From NCBI GenBank assembly GCA_049322915.1, contig JBMOPW010000014.1, forward strand, positions 669,527 through 733,526: a stretch of 64,000 bases of DNA, in the 5' to 3' direction. This DNA comes from Candidatus Zhuqueibacterota bacterium (GTDB lineage Bacteria; Zhuqueibacterota; Zhuqueibacteria; Thermofontimicrobiales; Thermofontimicrobiaceae). Under the pieces are notes generated by a model. That model did not search any database and was not told the origin of the DNA. It worked only from the letters and a program-made list of their open reading frames with translations. Below are positions 1 to 9,800 of this stretch, piece by piece; positions within the stretch are counted from its first letter, which is position 1, and every line of letters starts with the position of its first letter. Both the position numbers and the translations under genes were made by a program.

Positions 1-121
1 CTGAATGGTGCTCTTTTTAGAATAAACGTATAAAAACTGAGTTTCAAAATAGCTTAGCCTTTAGCTAATTGAAAATCTGAATGTTGACTCAAATTATAAG
101 CAAGTTCATGAATAATTCAGG
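1..121 (-). mobile_element. Partial copy of 161-bp MITE family A (truncated by window start)
   Basis: Reverse complement matches the first ~120 bp of 36177-36337 and 41589-41749. It ends in ATGAATAATTCAGG followed by TTAG (CTAA on the element strand). Confidence 0.85.
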
Positions 122-156
122 TTAGAGGAGCAGTTATTGGAAGGAGGTTGGTTGTT

Positions 157-669
157 ATGTACAAAATGCTGATGAGTGTCATCCTTGTTATCTGCCTTAT
201 ACCGGCGATCGCTCTGGGTCAATTGAAAATTCAGGATAAGGCAACGGACGTGAGCAGCGAATTGAGGAAGACGTTTCCGAATCAATTCTCCCTCTTCGGC
301 TTCCTTGATCCCTCGAAATTCAGCATGTCGCACAGTGTTTCCATGTCTTATTTTTCCGTTGGCGGCAGCGGCATTGCTCAGAATATGTATTTGAACACCA
401 TGTCCTATCAGATTGCAGATCCGCTACTGCTTCGGGTGCAATGGGGAGTTCAAAATTACCCGTTCAATAATCTGGCGAAAGATAATCCGCTGTTTCAGAG
501 TGGATTTTTCCTGTCCGGCGCGGAGTTGAATTACAAGCCGAGCGATAACATGGAATTCAAAATTCAATTCAGCCGCATGCCGGGCTCCATGTACAACAAT
601 TATCGATATTATCGGGATCCGTTCAGTATTTACAACCGATCGATGTTTCAGGATGATGACGAAAATTGA
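157..669 (+). CDS. Hypothetical exported protein
   Basis: AGGAGG at 142-147 precedes ATG 157. N-terminal signal-peptide-like segment. Followed by a terminator. Confidence 0.75.
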   Translation: MYKMLMSVILVICLIPAIALGQLKIQDKATDVSSELRKTFPNQFSLFGFLDPSKFSMSHSVSMSYFSVGGSGIAQNMYLNTMSYQIADPLLLRVQWGVQNYPFNNLAKDNPLFQSGFFLSGAELNYKPSDNMEFKIQFSRMPGSMYNNYRYYRDPFSIYNRSMFQDDDEN

Positions 670-705
670 AGCAGCGATTGGGCGATGAAGGATTTTATTG
701 ATGTC

Positions 706-737
706 AATAACCGAGAGAGTTCTCGGTTATTTTTTTG
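706..737 (+). terminator. Intrinsic terminator
   Basis: AATAACCGAGA-gagt-TCTCGGTTATT stem followed by a T run. Confidence 0.8.
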
Positions 738-794
738 ATTTGAACGGCAGTCACTCAATATGAAATTTTTCATCTGAAGCAGACTCAACAACCT

Positions 795-1343
795 ATGGTT
801 GACAAAAACAGTGTAAACAAAAAGGGCCTTCGAAAGACGTTAGGCAAAGAAACTGAAGAGAAGAAAAAGAAAGAATCCCAGCAGCAGTGGCAGGGTTTCT
901 TGCTATCAGTATTCATGTACTTTCTCATCGGCGCAAACTTGATGTTTGTGGCTTCGTTATTAGTACAGAAATTATTAGCGCGCCAGACGCCAACGATTGT
1001 ATCCCCCATTCAGATTGAACGGCCACTGCTTGAAGATCGCGAGAATGTGATCAAAGTTGAAGTGCTCAATGGCTGCGGTGCTGGCGGGGTCGCGACTCAA
1101 TTGACGGATTATCTCAGAAAAAACAACGTCGACGTCGTTTATTTCGGTAATTTTGAAACCTGGAATACCCCTGAAACCTGGGTGATCGATCGAAGAGATC
1201 GGAAGATGAAAAAAGCCAAAACAATTGGCGATCTCATCGGATTGGATGATAGTCGAATTCATTACCAGATAAGTCCTGAACGACAATTGGATGTGACCAT
1301 TGTGATTGGCAAGAATTACTCCCAATTGAAAGCTTTCAAGTAA
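795..1343 (+). CDS. LytR C-terminal domain membrane protein
   Basis: One TM helix, then VEVLNGCGAGGVA...DVTIVIGKNY, typical of LytR_C. Confidence 0.8.
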   Translation: MVDKNSVNKKGLRKTLGKETEEKKKKESQQQWQGFLLSVFMYFLIGANLMFVASLLVQKLLARQTPTIVSPIQIERPLLEDRENVIKVEVLNGCGAGGVATQLTDYLRKNNVDVVYFGNFETWNTPETWVIDRRDRKMKKAKTIGDLIGLDDSRIHYQISPERQLDVTIVIGKNYSQLKAFK

Positions 1344-1385
1344 GAACCGGTTTATTCAGGACAGGCTGGGTTTGCTGGAGATAGG

Positions 1386-2705
1386 ATGAAACGGACACTT
1401 CTGGTTCTTTACAATATTGTCTTTGTACCTCTATTCTTTGTTGCCCTCTTCCTGGCGAGTTGGGTCAATTCAAAAATCAGACGGGGAGTCCGTGGAAGGA
1501 AGAATCTTCTGGGTCGTATCCGGATGGATATGGCCAAGCTGGGCCTGGATAAACCGAAAATTTGGATTCATGTTTCCTCGTATGGTGAATTTCTGCAAGT
1601 CAAACCGGTGCTCTATCAACTCAAAGCGCTGAACCCGAACATCATCACCTTCATCACGTTCTTTTCACCGTCCGGCTACGAGAATGTCCAGGTCGAACAT
1701 CCGGTGGATTGCATCAGCTATCTGCCGCTGGATTCGTATTTTCACGCCAGGAAATTTGTGTCCGTGGTGAATCCGCAGCTTGCCGTGATTGTGCGGCATG
1801 ATATCTGGCCGAATTTCGTCTGGCGTTTGCATCGCAACACGATTCCGCTGGTGCTGATCGATGCGACATTGCCGGATAATTCATCCCGTTTCTGGCCAAT
1901 TCTGAGAGGAATAAACAGGAAGCTATTCGAATTCCTGAGCGCGATTCTGGTGGTGTCGGAAGAGGAAAAATTGAAATTCCAGCGCGTGGTGACCAGTCCG
2001 GAAAAGATCATCGTGGCCGGTGAAACCAAATACGATCAGGTGATCGAGCGGTCGAAAAATTTAAGTCCAATTGAACATCTTCTGAACCATCGCTACCTAT
2101 CAACCCAACGGGTCCTTGTCGTTGGCAGCAGTTGGGAGAGCGACGAGTCCGTGCTGATCCCGGCGTTCGGCGAGCTGTCCGCCGTATTCGAAGACCTTGT
2201 GCTCATTATTGCCCCGCATGAACCGGCGCCTCACCGCGTCGACGAAATTAAAAATCGTCTCCATAGTTTAAAACTCCCGGCTGTGAGCCTTTCCGAATTG
2301 ACCCCTGCGGACGCTTCGTTCAAATGCCTGATCATCGATCGGATTGGCATTCTGGCGAATGTGTATTATCTGGGCGCTCTGGCATTTGTTGGCGGCAGTT
2401 TTCATTCTAAAATTCACAATGTGCTGGAGCCGGCAGTGTATGGCCGGCCGGTCATTTTCGGCCCGAAGATGAAGACCTCGGCCGAGGCGATTCAACTGCT
2501 CAAACACAACGCGGCCATTCAGGTACATTCGAAACAGGAATTCGTCACCGCCGTCACTGACTTGCTGCGGCATCCGGATCGCGCAGCTCAGTTTGGCCAG
2601 GCTGCCAGACAGACCGTGATGAAAAATGTCGGCAATTCGAAAAGTATCGCCGAGTACCTGTTGACGTTCATTCCCGGCAAAACAGCCGCAGCCACCAGCG
2701 CTTGA
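1386..2705 (+). CDS. waaA: 3-deoxy-D-manno-octulosonic acid (Kdo) transferase
   Basis: IWIHVSSYGE, FFSPSG, YLPLDS, IIAPHEP and FVGGSF...HNVLEPAVYG motifs. Confidence 0.92.
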   Translation: MKRTLLVLYNIVFVPLFFVALFLASWVNSKIRRGVRGRKNLLGRIRMDMAKLGLDKPKIWIHVSSYGEFLQVKPVLYQLKALNPNIITFITFFSPSGYENVQVEHPVDCISYLPLDSYFHARKFVSVVNPQLAVIVRHDIWPNFVWRLHRNTIPLVLIDATLPDNSSRFWPILRGINRKLFEFLSAILVVSEEEKLKFQRVVTSPEKIIVAGETKYDQVIERSKNLSPIEHLLNHRYLSTQRVLVVGSSWESDESVLIPAFGELSAVFEDLVLIIAPHEPAPHRVDEIKNRLHSLKLPAVSLSELTPADASFKCLIIDRIGILANVYYLGALAFVGGSFHSKIHNVLEPAVYGRPVIFGPKMKTSAEAIQLLKHNAAIQVHSKQEFVTAVTDLLRHPDRAAQFGQAARQTVMKNVGNSKSIAEYLLTFIPGKTAAATSA

Positions 2706-3034
2706 TGATTTTTTCCGGCATGCATTTCCGAAATGAGGGGGCTTTCAACGACCGGACAATTGACACGAGTATCGCGCCATGGCCCGATGAAAATTGAGCC
2801 GGGCCACTCATCTTGCCTTTGGGATGAACCCCACTGTGCGACCCTCGTTGACGCCGGCTGAGGATTTACTTTTTTGATGGCGCGACGATAAAGTGTTAGT
2901 GTGCAAAAGCCGATCACGCGAAGACGAGGCGCCCGGGCGGAAAATTACTTGAGGGCTGGGCTGGCTCTGAATGGCTGTAATGGCGCCAATCAGCGCCGGG
3001 CGTGGAACAACATGAATTTAATCAGGGAGCGGGT

Positions 3035-4051
3035 ATGCAGATCAACACAATTCAGTGGGTGGATGGCAAGGTTGTCATCATCGATCAGACGCGGCTGCCG
3101 CTGGAGGAAATTTATCTGGACATTACGGATTTTCGGATTCTGGCGGCGGGGATCAAGTCGTTGAAAGTGCGGGGAGCGCCGGCCATAGGCATTGCCGGGG
3201 CGTTCGGCGTATGTCTGGGGGCCAATGAGATTCAGACCGATGATGTTGCGGAATTCAAAACGCGGGTCAAAGCCATCATCGACGAACTGGCAGCGACAAG
3301 GCCGACCGCGGTGAATCTGTTCTGGGCGTTGGAAAAAATGCGCGCCAAAGTGAATTTTCCTGATGACGCCAGTGTGCCACGCATCAGGCAGCGGTTGCTG
3401 GACCAGGCGTTGCTGATTGAAGACGAGGACCGGCGCACCTGCCGGCGGATGGGCGAACATGGCGCGATGTTATTGAAGGACGGGGATACGGTGCTCACGC
3501 ACTGCAATGCCGGCGCGCTGGCGACCAGCGATTTCGGGACCGCTCTCGGCGTCATTTATAGCGCGCAGGCCGCTGGAAAAACGATAAAAGTCTACGCCGA
3601 TGAAACGCGGCCTCTGCTGCAGGGCGCGCGACTCACCTCCTGGGAACTGATGAAATCCGGCATCGATGTTACCTTGATCTGCGACGACATGGCCGCATCG
3701 GTCATGCAGCGGGGATTGATAGGCGCGGTCATTGTCGGCGCCGATCGCATTGCCCAAAACGGGGATACAGCCAACAAGATCGGAACATTGAATCTGGCCG
3801 TACTGGCGCATTATTTCGGCATTCCGTTTTACGTTGTGGCGCCGACATCCACCATCGACTCTTCGCTCGGTTCCGGGAAGGAAATCCCCATTGAGTTGCG
3901 CAGCCCCGACGAAGTGACGCAGGGTTTTGGCAGACGAACAGCGCCGGAGGGCGTCTCTGTTTTCAATCCGGCCTTTGATGTGACACCGCATGAATTGATC
4001 ACAGCGATTGTCACTGAAAACGGCGTGTCGTACCCGCCGTATAAATTCTAA
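3035..4051 (+). CDS. mtnA: S-methyl-5-thioribose-1-phosphate isomerase
   Basis: IDQTRLP, VRGAPAIG, RPTAVNL, LTHCNAGALAT, ETRPLLQGARLT and NPAFDVTP motifs. Start moved to ATG 3035. Confidence 0.95.
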   Translation: MQINTIQWVDGKVVIIDQTRLPLEEIYLDITDFRILAAGIKSLKVRGAPAIGIAGAFGVCLGANEIQTDDVAEFKTRVKAIIDELAATRPTAVNLFWALEKMRAKVNFPDDASVPRIRQRLLDQALLIEDEDRRTCRRMGEHGAMLLKDGDTVLTHCNAGALATSDFGTALGVIYSAQAAGKTIKVYADETRPLLQGARLTSWELMKSGIDVTLICDDMAASVMQRGLIGAVIVGADRIAQNGDTANKIGTLNLAVLAHYFGIPFYVVAPTSTIDSSLGSGKEIPIELRSPDEVTQGFGRRTAPEGVSVFNPAFDVTPHELITAIVTENGVSYPPYKF

Positions 4052-4099
4052 AATTAATTAGTTACAATTGGCATTGTCTCAAAAAAGCGAAAATAATTC

Positions 4100-4128
4100 T
4101 TGACTAAAGATTATTTTTGAGTTATATT
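4100..4128 (+). promoter_or_regulatory. Sigma70-type promoter
   Basis: TTGACT-17 bp-TATATT. Confidence 0.6.
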
Positions 4129-4386
4129 TTGACACTTTAATTGAACGGATTTTCAGGAGGCTGCTTAGCGTCGGCGCGACGGGAGAGAGCGTTTTCGCAG
4201 AAGAAAAAAAGCGGTCTTGATCATTGAACCTGGTTTAAAAAGCATGAAATGACGTCAGTTCTTTTTAGAGTGGACGCGTTCTTCAAAGCCATCGCTTCAT
4301 CGGCCGCGAACCGACAGCAGGTTTGACGAATTATTATTTTGAATAAATCAATAATGACTGTTTGAAAAACATTAAGGAGAAAGGTA

Positions 4387-5523
4387 ATGAGAAAAAGCAA
4401 TTCACTGATGACACTCGGTTTGGTACTTCTGCTTTTAGGGGTGATGTTATTTGGTTGCCGCTCGAAAGAAGTGGAATCCGCTTTGATCTACATCAATCAA
4501 CAGAATGATTGGGACAAAGCCATGGAACAATTGAATCTTGCGCTTCAGGTGAATCCTGCTGATATCGAGGCGCTGACGTTACGCGGCGAGGGCTATGGAC
4601 GATTGGCTGAATACGAAAAAATGAATGAAGATTTCACAGCAGCAGAGAAATTAATGGCAAACGCCCCAAGCGCCAATGCCAAAATGGCTGAGAAAGTAAC
4701 TTTCTTGAAAGACAAGTACTGGCGTCAGTCGTTCAATAAGGGCGTGGGCAATGTGAAGAGCGAAAAGCTGGAGGATGCCGGAAAGGACTTCCAAAATTGT
4801 ATAATCATCGATGACAAACGACAGGAAGCCTATAAAAATCTGGCGTATGTCCAGGTGCAGTTGAATCAAACGGACGCTGCCATGGCGAGCTACCGGGAAG
4901 TCATTAAAATTGATCCAAAAGATGTGGACGCCATGACGGCTCTGGCCAATCTGAATTTGATGGCCAAAAATTTCCAGGAAGTGATCGATCTGATGGACCA
5001 GGTGTTGGCCGTTGACCCAACCAATGTGGATGCCATTGCGCAGAAAGCCATGGCCTATGACTATCTGGGCGAAACCGACAAAGCTTTTGCAGCTTATGAA
5101 GAAGCATTGGCCAGTCGCCCGGACGATAAAGACTTGATTTTCAACCTGGGCCGGCTCTATTTCATGAAGAATGAGTATACCAAAGCGATCGACCAATTCA
5201 ATAAAGTCATCGCCACCACCCCGGATGATTTTGAGGCGAATCTCAATATCGGAAATGCTTACCTGAGTATGGCGGAGCAGGTTCGCAAATCATTGACCGA
5301 TCTCGATGACAAACAACTGGAGAAGATGCCTGAAGCCGAATTGAAAGCAAAACGCGATCTCACTAAAAAATATTTCACCGATGCCATACCCTATCTGGAA
5401 AAAGCTGTGAGCATTAAATCGGACAATGCGGTTGTCTGGAACAATCTGGGCGTTGCTTACATCAATGCCGGCATGGAAGATAAAGGCGCTGAAGCATTCA
5501 AGAAGGCTGAAGAGCTCAAGTAG
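4387..5523 (+). CDS. Tetratricopeptide-repeat lipoprotein
   Basis: Lipobox-like LFGC. Multiple TPR repeats (AYKNLAY, FNLGRLY, WNNLGVAY). AAGGAG RBS. Confidence 0.85.
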   Translation: MRKSNSLMTLGLVLLLLGVMLFGCRSKEVESALIYINQQNDWDKAMEQLNLALQVNPADIEALTLRGEGYGRLAEYEKMNEDFTAAEKLMANAPSANAKMAEKVTFLKDKYWRQSFNKGVGNVKSEKLEDAGKDFQNCIIIDDKRQEAYKNLAYVQVQLNQTDAAMASYREVIKIDPKDVDAMTALANLNLMAKNFQEVIDLMDQVLAVDPTNVDAIAQKAMAYDYLGETDKAFAAYEEALASRPDDKDLIFNLGRLYFMKNEYTKAIDQFNKVIATTPDDFEANLNIGNAYLSMAEQVRKSLTDLDDKQLEKMPEAELKAKRDLTKKYFTDAIPYLEKAVSIKSDNAVVWNNLGVAYINAGMEDKGAEAFKKAEELK

Positions 5524-5581
5524 TTGCTCGGCACAACTGATGTGAATGCTGCATTATCATTCGATTTCAGAGACAAGTTGG

Positions 5582-5620
5582 AACCCCCGATTCATCCAAA
5601 ATAATCGGGGGTTTTTATTT
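5582..5620 (+). terminator. Intrinsic terminator
   Basis: AACCCCCGATT...AATCGGGGGTT stem plus T-rich tail. Confidence 0.7.
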
Positions 5621-5759
5621 ATTCGAAGATCCGGCCGGAATGAAAGCGCGATTAAGGCATCGAATGTAGCTCGTGCCGCAATGAGCAAACTGCCATTTCT
5701 CCAGAGATTCGTTCATCATTGCAGCCGAATCGGCGGCCGGATGGGGTCGAAAAATGTGC

Positions 5760-5788
5760 TTGACATTTAGTTGAATTTACATTACATT
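5760..5788 (+). promoter_or_regulatory. Sigma70-type promoter upstream of uppS
   Basis: TTGACA-17 bp-TACATT. Confidence 0.6.
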
Positions 5789-5879
5789 TCACAATTCTTT
5801 TTTCAAACGAGGTGCATCTCTGTGTGGCGGAGCGCACCTGCAGGGTGATTACAAACGGAGCGTTTTTAAGGATCGAACG

Positions 5880-6653
5880 GTGGAAGCGAACGATTTAAAA
5901 GACAGGATTCTGGAGAACGGAAATATCCCTGAGCATGTTGCAATCATCATGGATGGCAATGGCCGCTGGGCCAAGTCCAGAGGGCTGAGCCGAATCAGAG
6001 GACACGAGGAAGGAATTAAATCGGTGCGGGAGGTCGTGGAAGCGTGCGGTGAGATTGGCGTTAAAATTCTCACCTTGTATACGTTTTCAAAAGAGAACTG
6101 GCGCCGGCCCAAGACAGAGATTGCCGGGCTCTGGCGGCTTTTATTGCGGACAGTGCGCCATGAAGTCCCTGATTTGATGAAGAATAACGTGCGGATGAAC
6201 GTCATTGGCGTTATTGCCGATTTACCATTGGGCGCGCGTGAGGGCATGCTGTACGCGATCAATGAATTGAAAAATAACACCGGCCTGATTCTCAATCTGG
6301 CATTGAGCTATAGCTCGCGTCAGGAAATTACCCAGGCTGTGCAGCGAATCAGCGAAGATGTATCCAATGGTCTGCTCGCGCCTAAAGATATTACCGAGAA
6401 AGTCATTTCCGATCGACTGTACACCGCCGGTATGCCCGATCCGGATCTGCTCATTCGCACGAGCGGAGAACAGCGCATCAGCAATTTTCTCCTGTGGCAA
6501 ATCGCCTACTCGGAACTTTGCATCACCGAAGTGCTCTGGCCTGATTTTCGCAAGAGGGAATTCTTCCAGACCATCGAAGCGTACCAGCATCGGGAGCGTC
6601 GTTACGGCATGGTGAGCGAACAGGTTACAATCGCCGGGAATGGTTCATTTTAA
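5880..6653 (+). CDS. uppS: Undecaprenyl diphosphate synthase
   Basis: HVAIIMDGNGRWA, YTFSKENWRRP and DPDLLIRTSGEQRISNFLLWQ motifs. Confidence 0.96.
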   Translation: MEANDLKDRILENGNIPEHVAIIMDGNGRWAKSRGLSRIRGHEEGIKSVREVVEACGEIGVKILTLYTFSKENWRRPKTEIAGLWRLLLRTVRHEVPDLMKNNVRMNVIGVIADLPLGAREGMLYAINELKNNTGLILNLALSYSSRQEITQAVQRISEDVSNGLLAPKDITEKVISDRLYTAGMPDPDLLIRTSGEQRISNFLLWQIAYSELCITEVLWPDFRKREFFQTIEAYQHRERRYGMVSEQVTIAGNGSF

Positions 6654-6806
6654 ATAAGTTGGGAGGATCAATCGCGCGTTGCTGTGAAGGAACTTTGCTT
6701 TTCGTGACTACGTTCAACAGATGAATTTTCGACAAGTGACTGCTTTGTCTGGCGATTCTGGTGATAATGAATCGCCTTTTTGTTATAGAAATATTCATAA
6801 ACCTAT

Positions 6807-9800
6807 ATGAAATCAAGACGCTGGATTCTTGTCCTTGCTCTGTTTATAGCAACGACTGCCCTCATTGTTTATTATGGCTGGAACCTGTTCGAAGCAAATG
6901 CAAGAATTAAAAGTTACTTGTTAGCTAAAATTAAGCCTGTTCTGGGCGAGGATTGTAATATCCGCGAGCTTGAAATGGCGCTCGGCGCTGTCCACCTGAA
7001 AGGCGTCGAAGTACATTTTAAGGATGACTATTTTACACTGTGGGTGCAAGATTTACGTGTCGGCCTCAATCTGTTCAATCTGATCCAGAACGGTTTTCGT
7101 CCCCAAAAAATTCCTCATGACATAATTTTCGTCAATCCCCGATTGACGATAAAACCTAAATACCAACAGTCCTCCAACGATTCGACAGCCGATTCCGAAT
7201 CCTTTGCTATTTCTCCGGATAAGTATCTGGAAAAAGTGAAGAATCTTGATTTCATCAAGCGAATGACTATCTCCAAAGGTGAAATTAATCTGGTTGACTC
7301 CCTGTCCCGGACAGTGCAGCTCGCTCACGATATCAACGGCTGGTTCAGTTCAAGAAATATTGGCTTTATATACACGCGGCTGGTGGGAAAATTATTCCAC
7401 AGCGATGACTACAATCTTATGATCACCGGCAACATCGACGTCGGTTTGGGGCGCATCGATTCGCTGAACATCAAATTGAAAAATTTTCAATGGCGCGAGC
7501 GAATTCCTGTCTTCATCCCAAGCTATTTTGAAATTGAACAGGGCATCATCGATGGCGCGCTGACGCTGTACGAGAAAGGTCCGGGCAAATCCGGATTCGA
7601 TGTGACCGGAGCGATTGAAGTGCGCCAGGCGACCTTTGAGGTGCTCAGTAAAAAATTGCTATTTGAGGACGTCAATCTGAAGGCGAAAATTGAAGACTGG
7701 GATTGCCTGGTCGATACGTCCAGATTTTTACTCAATGGTTCGCCGGTGACGGTCGCGGGACGAATAAAAAACATTCTCAATCCGCGACTGGATTTCAACG
7801 TGAGGGCTCGTCAGTTCGATATCAGAAAGACGCTCGCCAATTTCGCGCCGAAGTTGAAATTTCAGGGGTTAGCCGATCTGGAATTCGACATTGCCAACAC
7901 CTATGCCAATCCAACTATTACCGGACATCTGGCCAGTCAGCGCCTTCTCGTCGAAGGCAAACAGATCTCGCGCCTCTCGACGGCCATTGCTTTCAGCGAT
8001 TCGGTGCTCGCGTTATCCCGATTTTCCTGCTGGATCGATAGCGTCTCGTTCGGCGGCAATGGTTCCATCGATTTTACCCGCAGTGACAATAATATCCGAT
8101 TGGCGCTAACCAGTCATGGCCCCATGTTTCGTCAATTGCTGCCCCTGCCCGGCAGCGTTTTGAGCAGCAGCGCCAGTGAGGTGCAGTTGCAGTGCGCCGG
8201 GGATTGGAAGCAAATTGCCGGCAACCTGACGCTCCATGTACAATCCGATGACGCGCCGGACACGAACTATGCGTTCAATGTTAATTTTGCGCTGGCCGAA
8301 AAGGTACTCTCGCTCAATGTCGACTCGAAAACTCATTTGTTCAAAGCCCAGGGCCGGATCAATTATGCTGACGGGCTGCCGGTCTACAACGTGAAATTGA
8401 CCGATATTCACGATGTGCTGTTTGGCATCTCTCCGCTGGACAGGGCTAAAATTATTTTCGATCTGAAATCATCGACATTTAAAATCGCCGGCAAAGCGAG
8501 CGACCTGCACATTGACGGGGACGTCGTGTGGAATCAGGAGAAAGAGGATCTGAAGCGCTCAGCGGTCATGTCCTGCGATATAACTTCCCGTCGCTCCCGA
8601 AGTCAACTCGAAATGGTATGGGATATATCCAGCGGCGGCGCCCGGTTCACGTCTACCATGAAATTGGAGAAAACGCCGGACTATCTTGAAATCAAAAACT
8701 TCGAAATTGATCGCATTTTATTTTGCACCGGCAAAATGCAGTTGACTGCTGACCAGTTGATTGAGGCGAATATTATTATCCCGGATGCATCTTTGCCGGA
8801 TTTGAATCGTCTAATATTTAGCCATGAGCGATCGGCCCAAAATGGAAAACTGTACGGTTCCATCGGCATTGGCGGTTCTTTGAAAAAATTAGAACTTTCC
8901 GGTAAACTCGATTTCCTCGATGTGATCATCAATCAAATCGGAACATACGAAGGTTCGGTGGCGTTTCAATCGACCGATCGAACCGTGAAATTAAACGAAC
9001 TGGCAGTCAAATATCAGGGGGATCTGGTGCTGACGAGCCAGGGAGCATACCAGTTCGACCGGGATTCGCTCGATCTCAAACTTCATGGTGTGGGGATCGA
9101 TCTCAATTCCCTGATGACGACACTTTTCAACAAACCCAATGTGCTCAAAGGTCTCGGCGACGCTGATATGCAGGTGCGCGGTCGGCTGCGCCAGCCGGAA
9201 TTTGCCGGCACTGTGGAAGTGCAAAAAGGCGCGCTGGGGATGTTCACGTTCGACAGAATGGTTTGGGAACTGGGTGAATCGTCGGGTTCCCTGCCTTCAA
9301 ACTGGACAGGCGCAGCGCCCCAAACCCTGAATGGTTTGCTGTTGCGTCGCGTGTCCATTGTGCGAACCGGCCAGTTCCAGATGACCGGCAGCGGAGTGAT
9401 TCCCTTTTCAAATGAAGCGACCATGGACATCCGGCTCAATGGACAGGGTAATATTCTGTCGATTCTGCCTGAGATCACACCGTTCTTTCTTGAAACGGGC
9501 AGCAACGGGACATGGGCGTTTCATTTTACCGGCAGCCCCGGCAATTTAACTGTTGCCGATGCGCAGTTGAATCTCACCAATGGCTATTTGCGACTTGGGG
9601 ACGTGGCTCCGGAAATTGATGATATTCAGGTCGCAATTGAATTGGAACAGGATGGCTTTTTAAATGTAAAATTCATATCCGGAAAAATCAAAAAGCGGCC
9701 GTTCGCGTTTCGAAATATGCAGGCTGCGCCCGAGGTGGTGGATATCAATCTGCAACCATTTACCATACCGGAACTTGGGCTGAACCTGGGAATTTTTACG

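Noticed and set aside
2779..2808. TGGCCCGATGAAA upstream of mtnA, resembling part of a SAM-I riboswitch
   Set aside because: The flanking SAM-I elements (ATCNAGAG/GAGGGA before, GCAACC and GTGC after) are missing. The motif just forms a local TGGCCCG/CGGGCCA hairpin. An Infernal search with the SAM models would settle it.
4130..4386. Long leader before the TPR lipoprotein, possible ncRNA
   Set aside because: No recognisable RNA family motif or convincing structure by eye.
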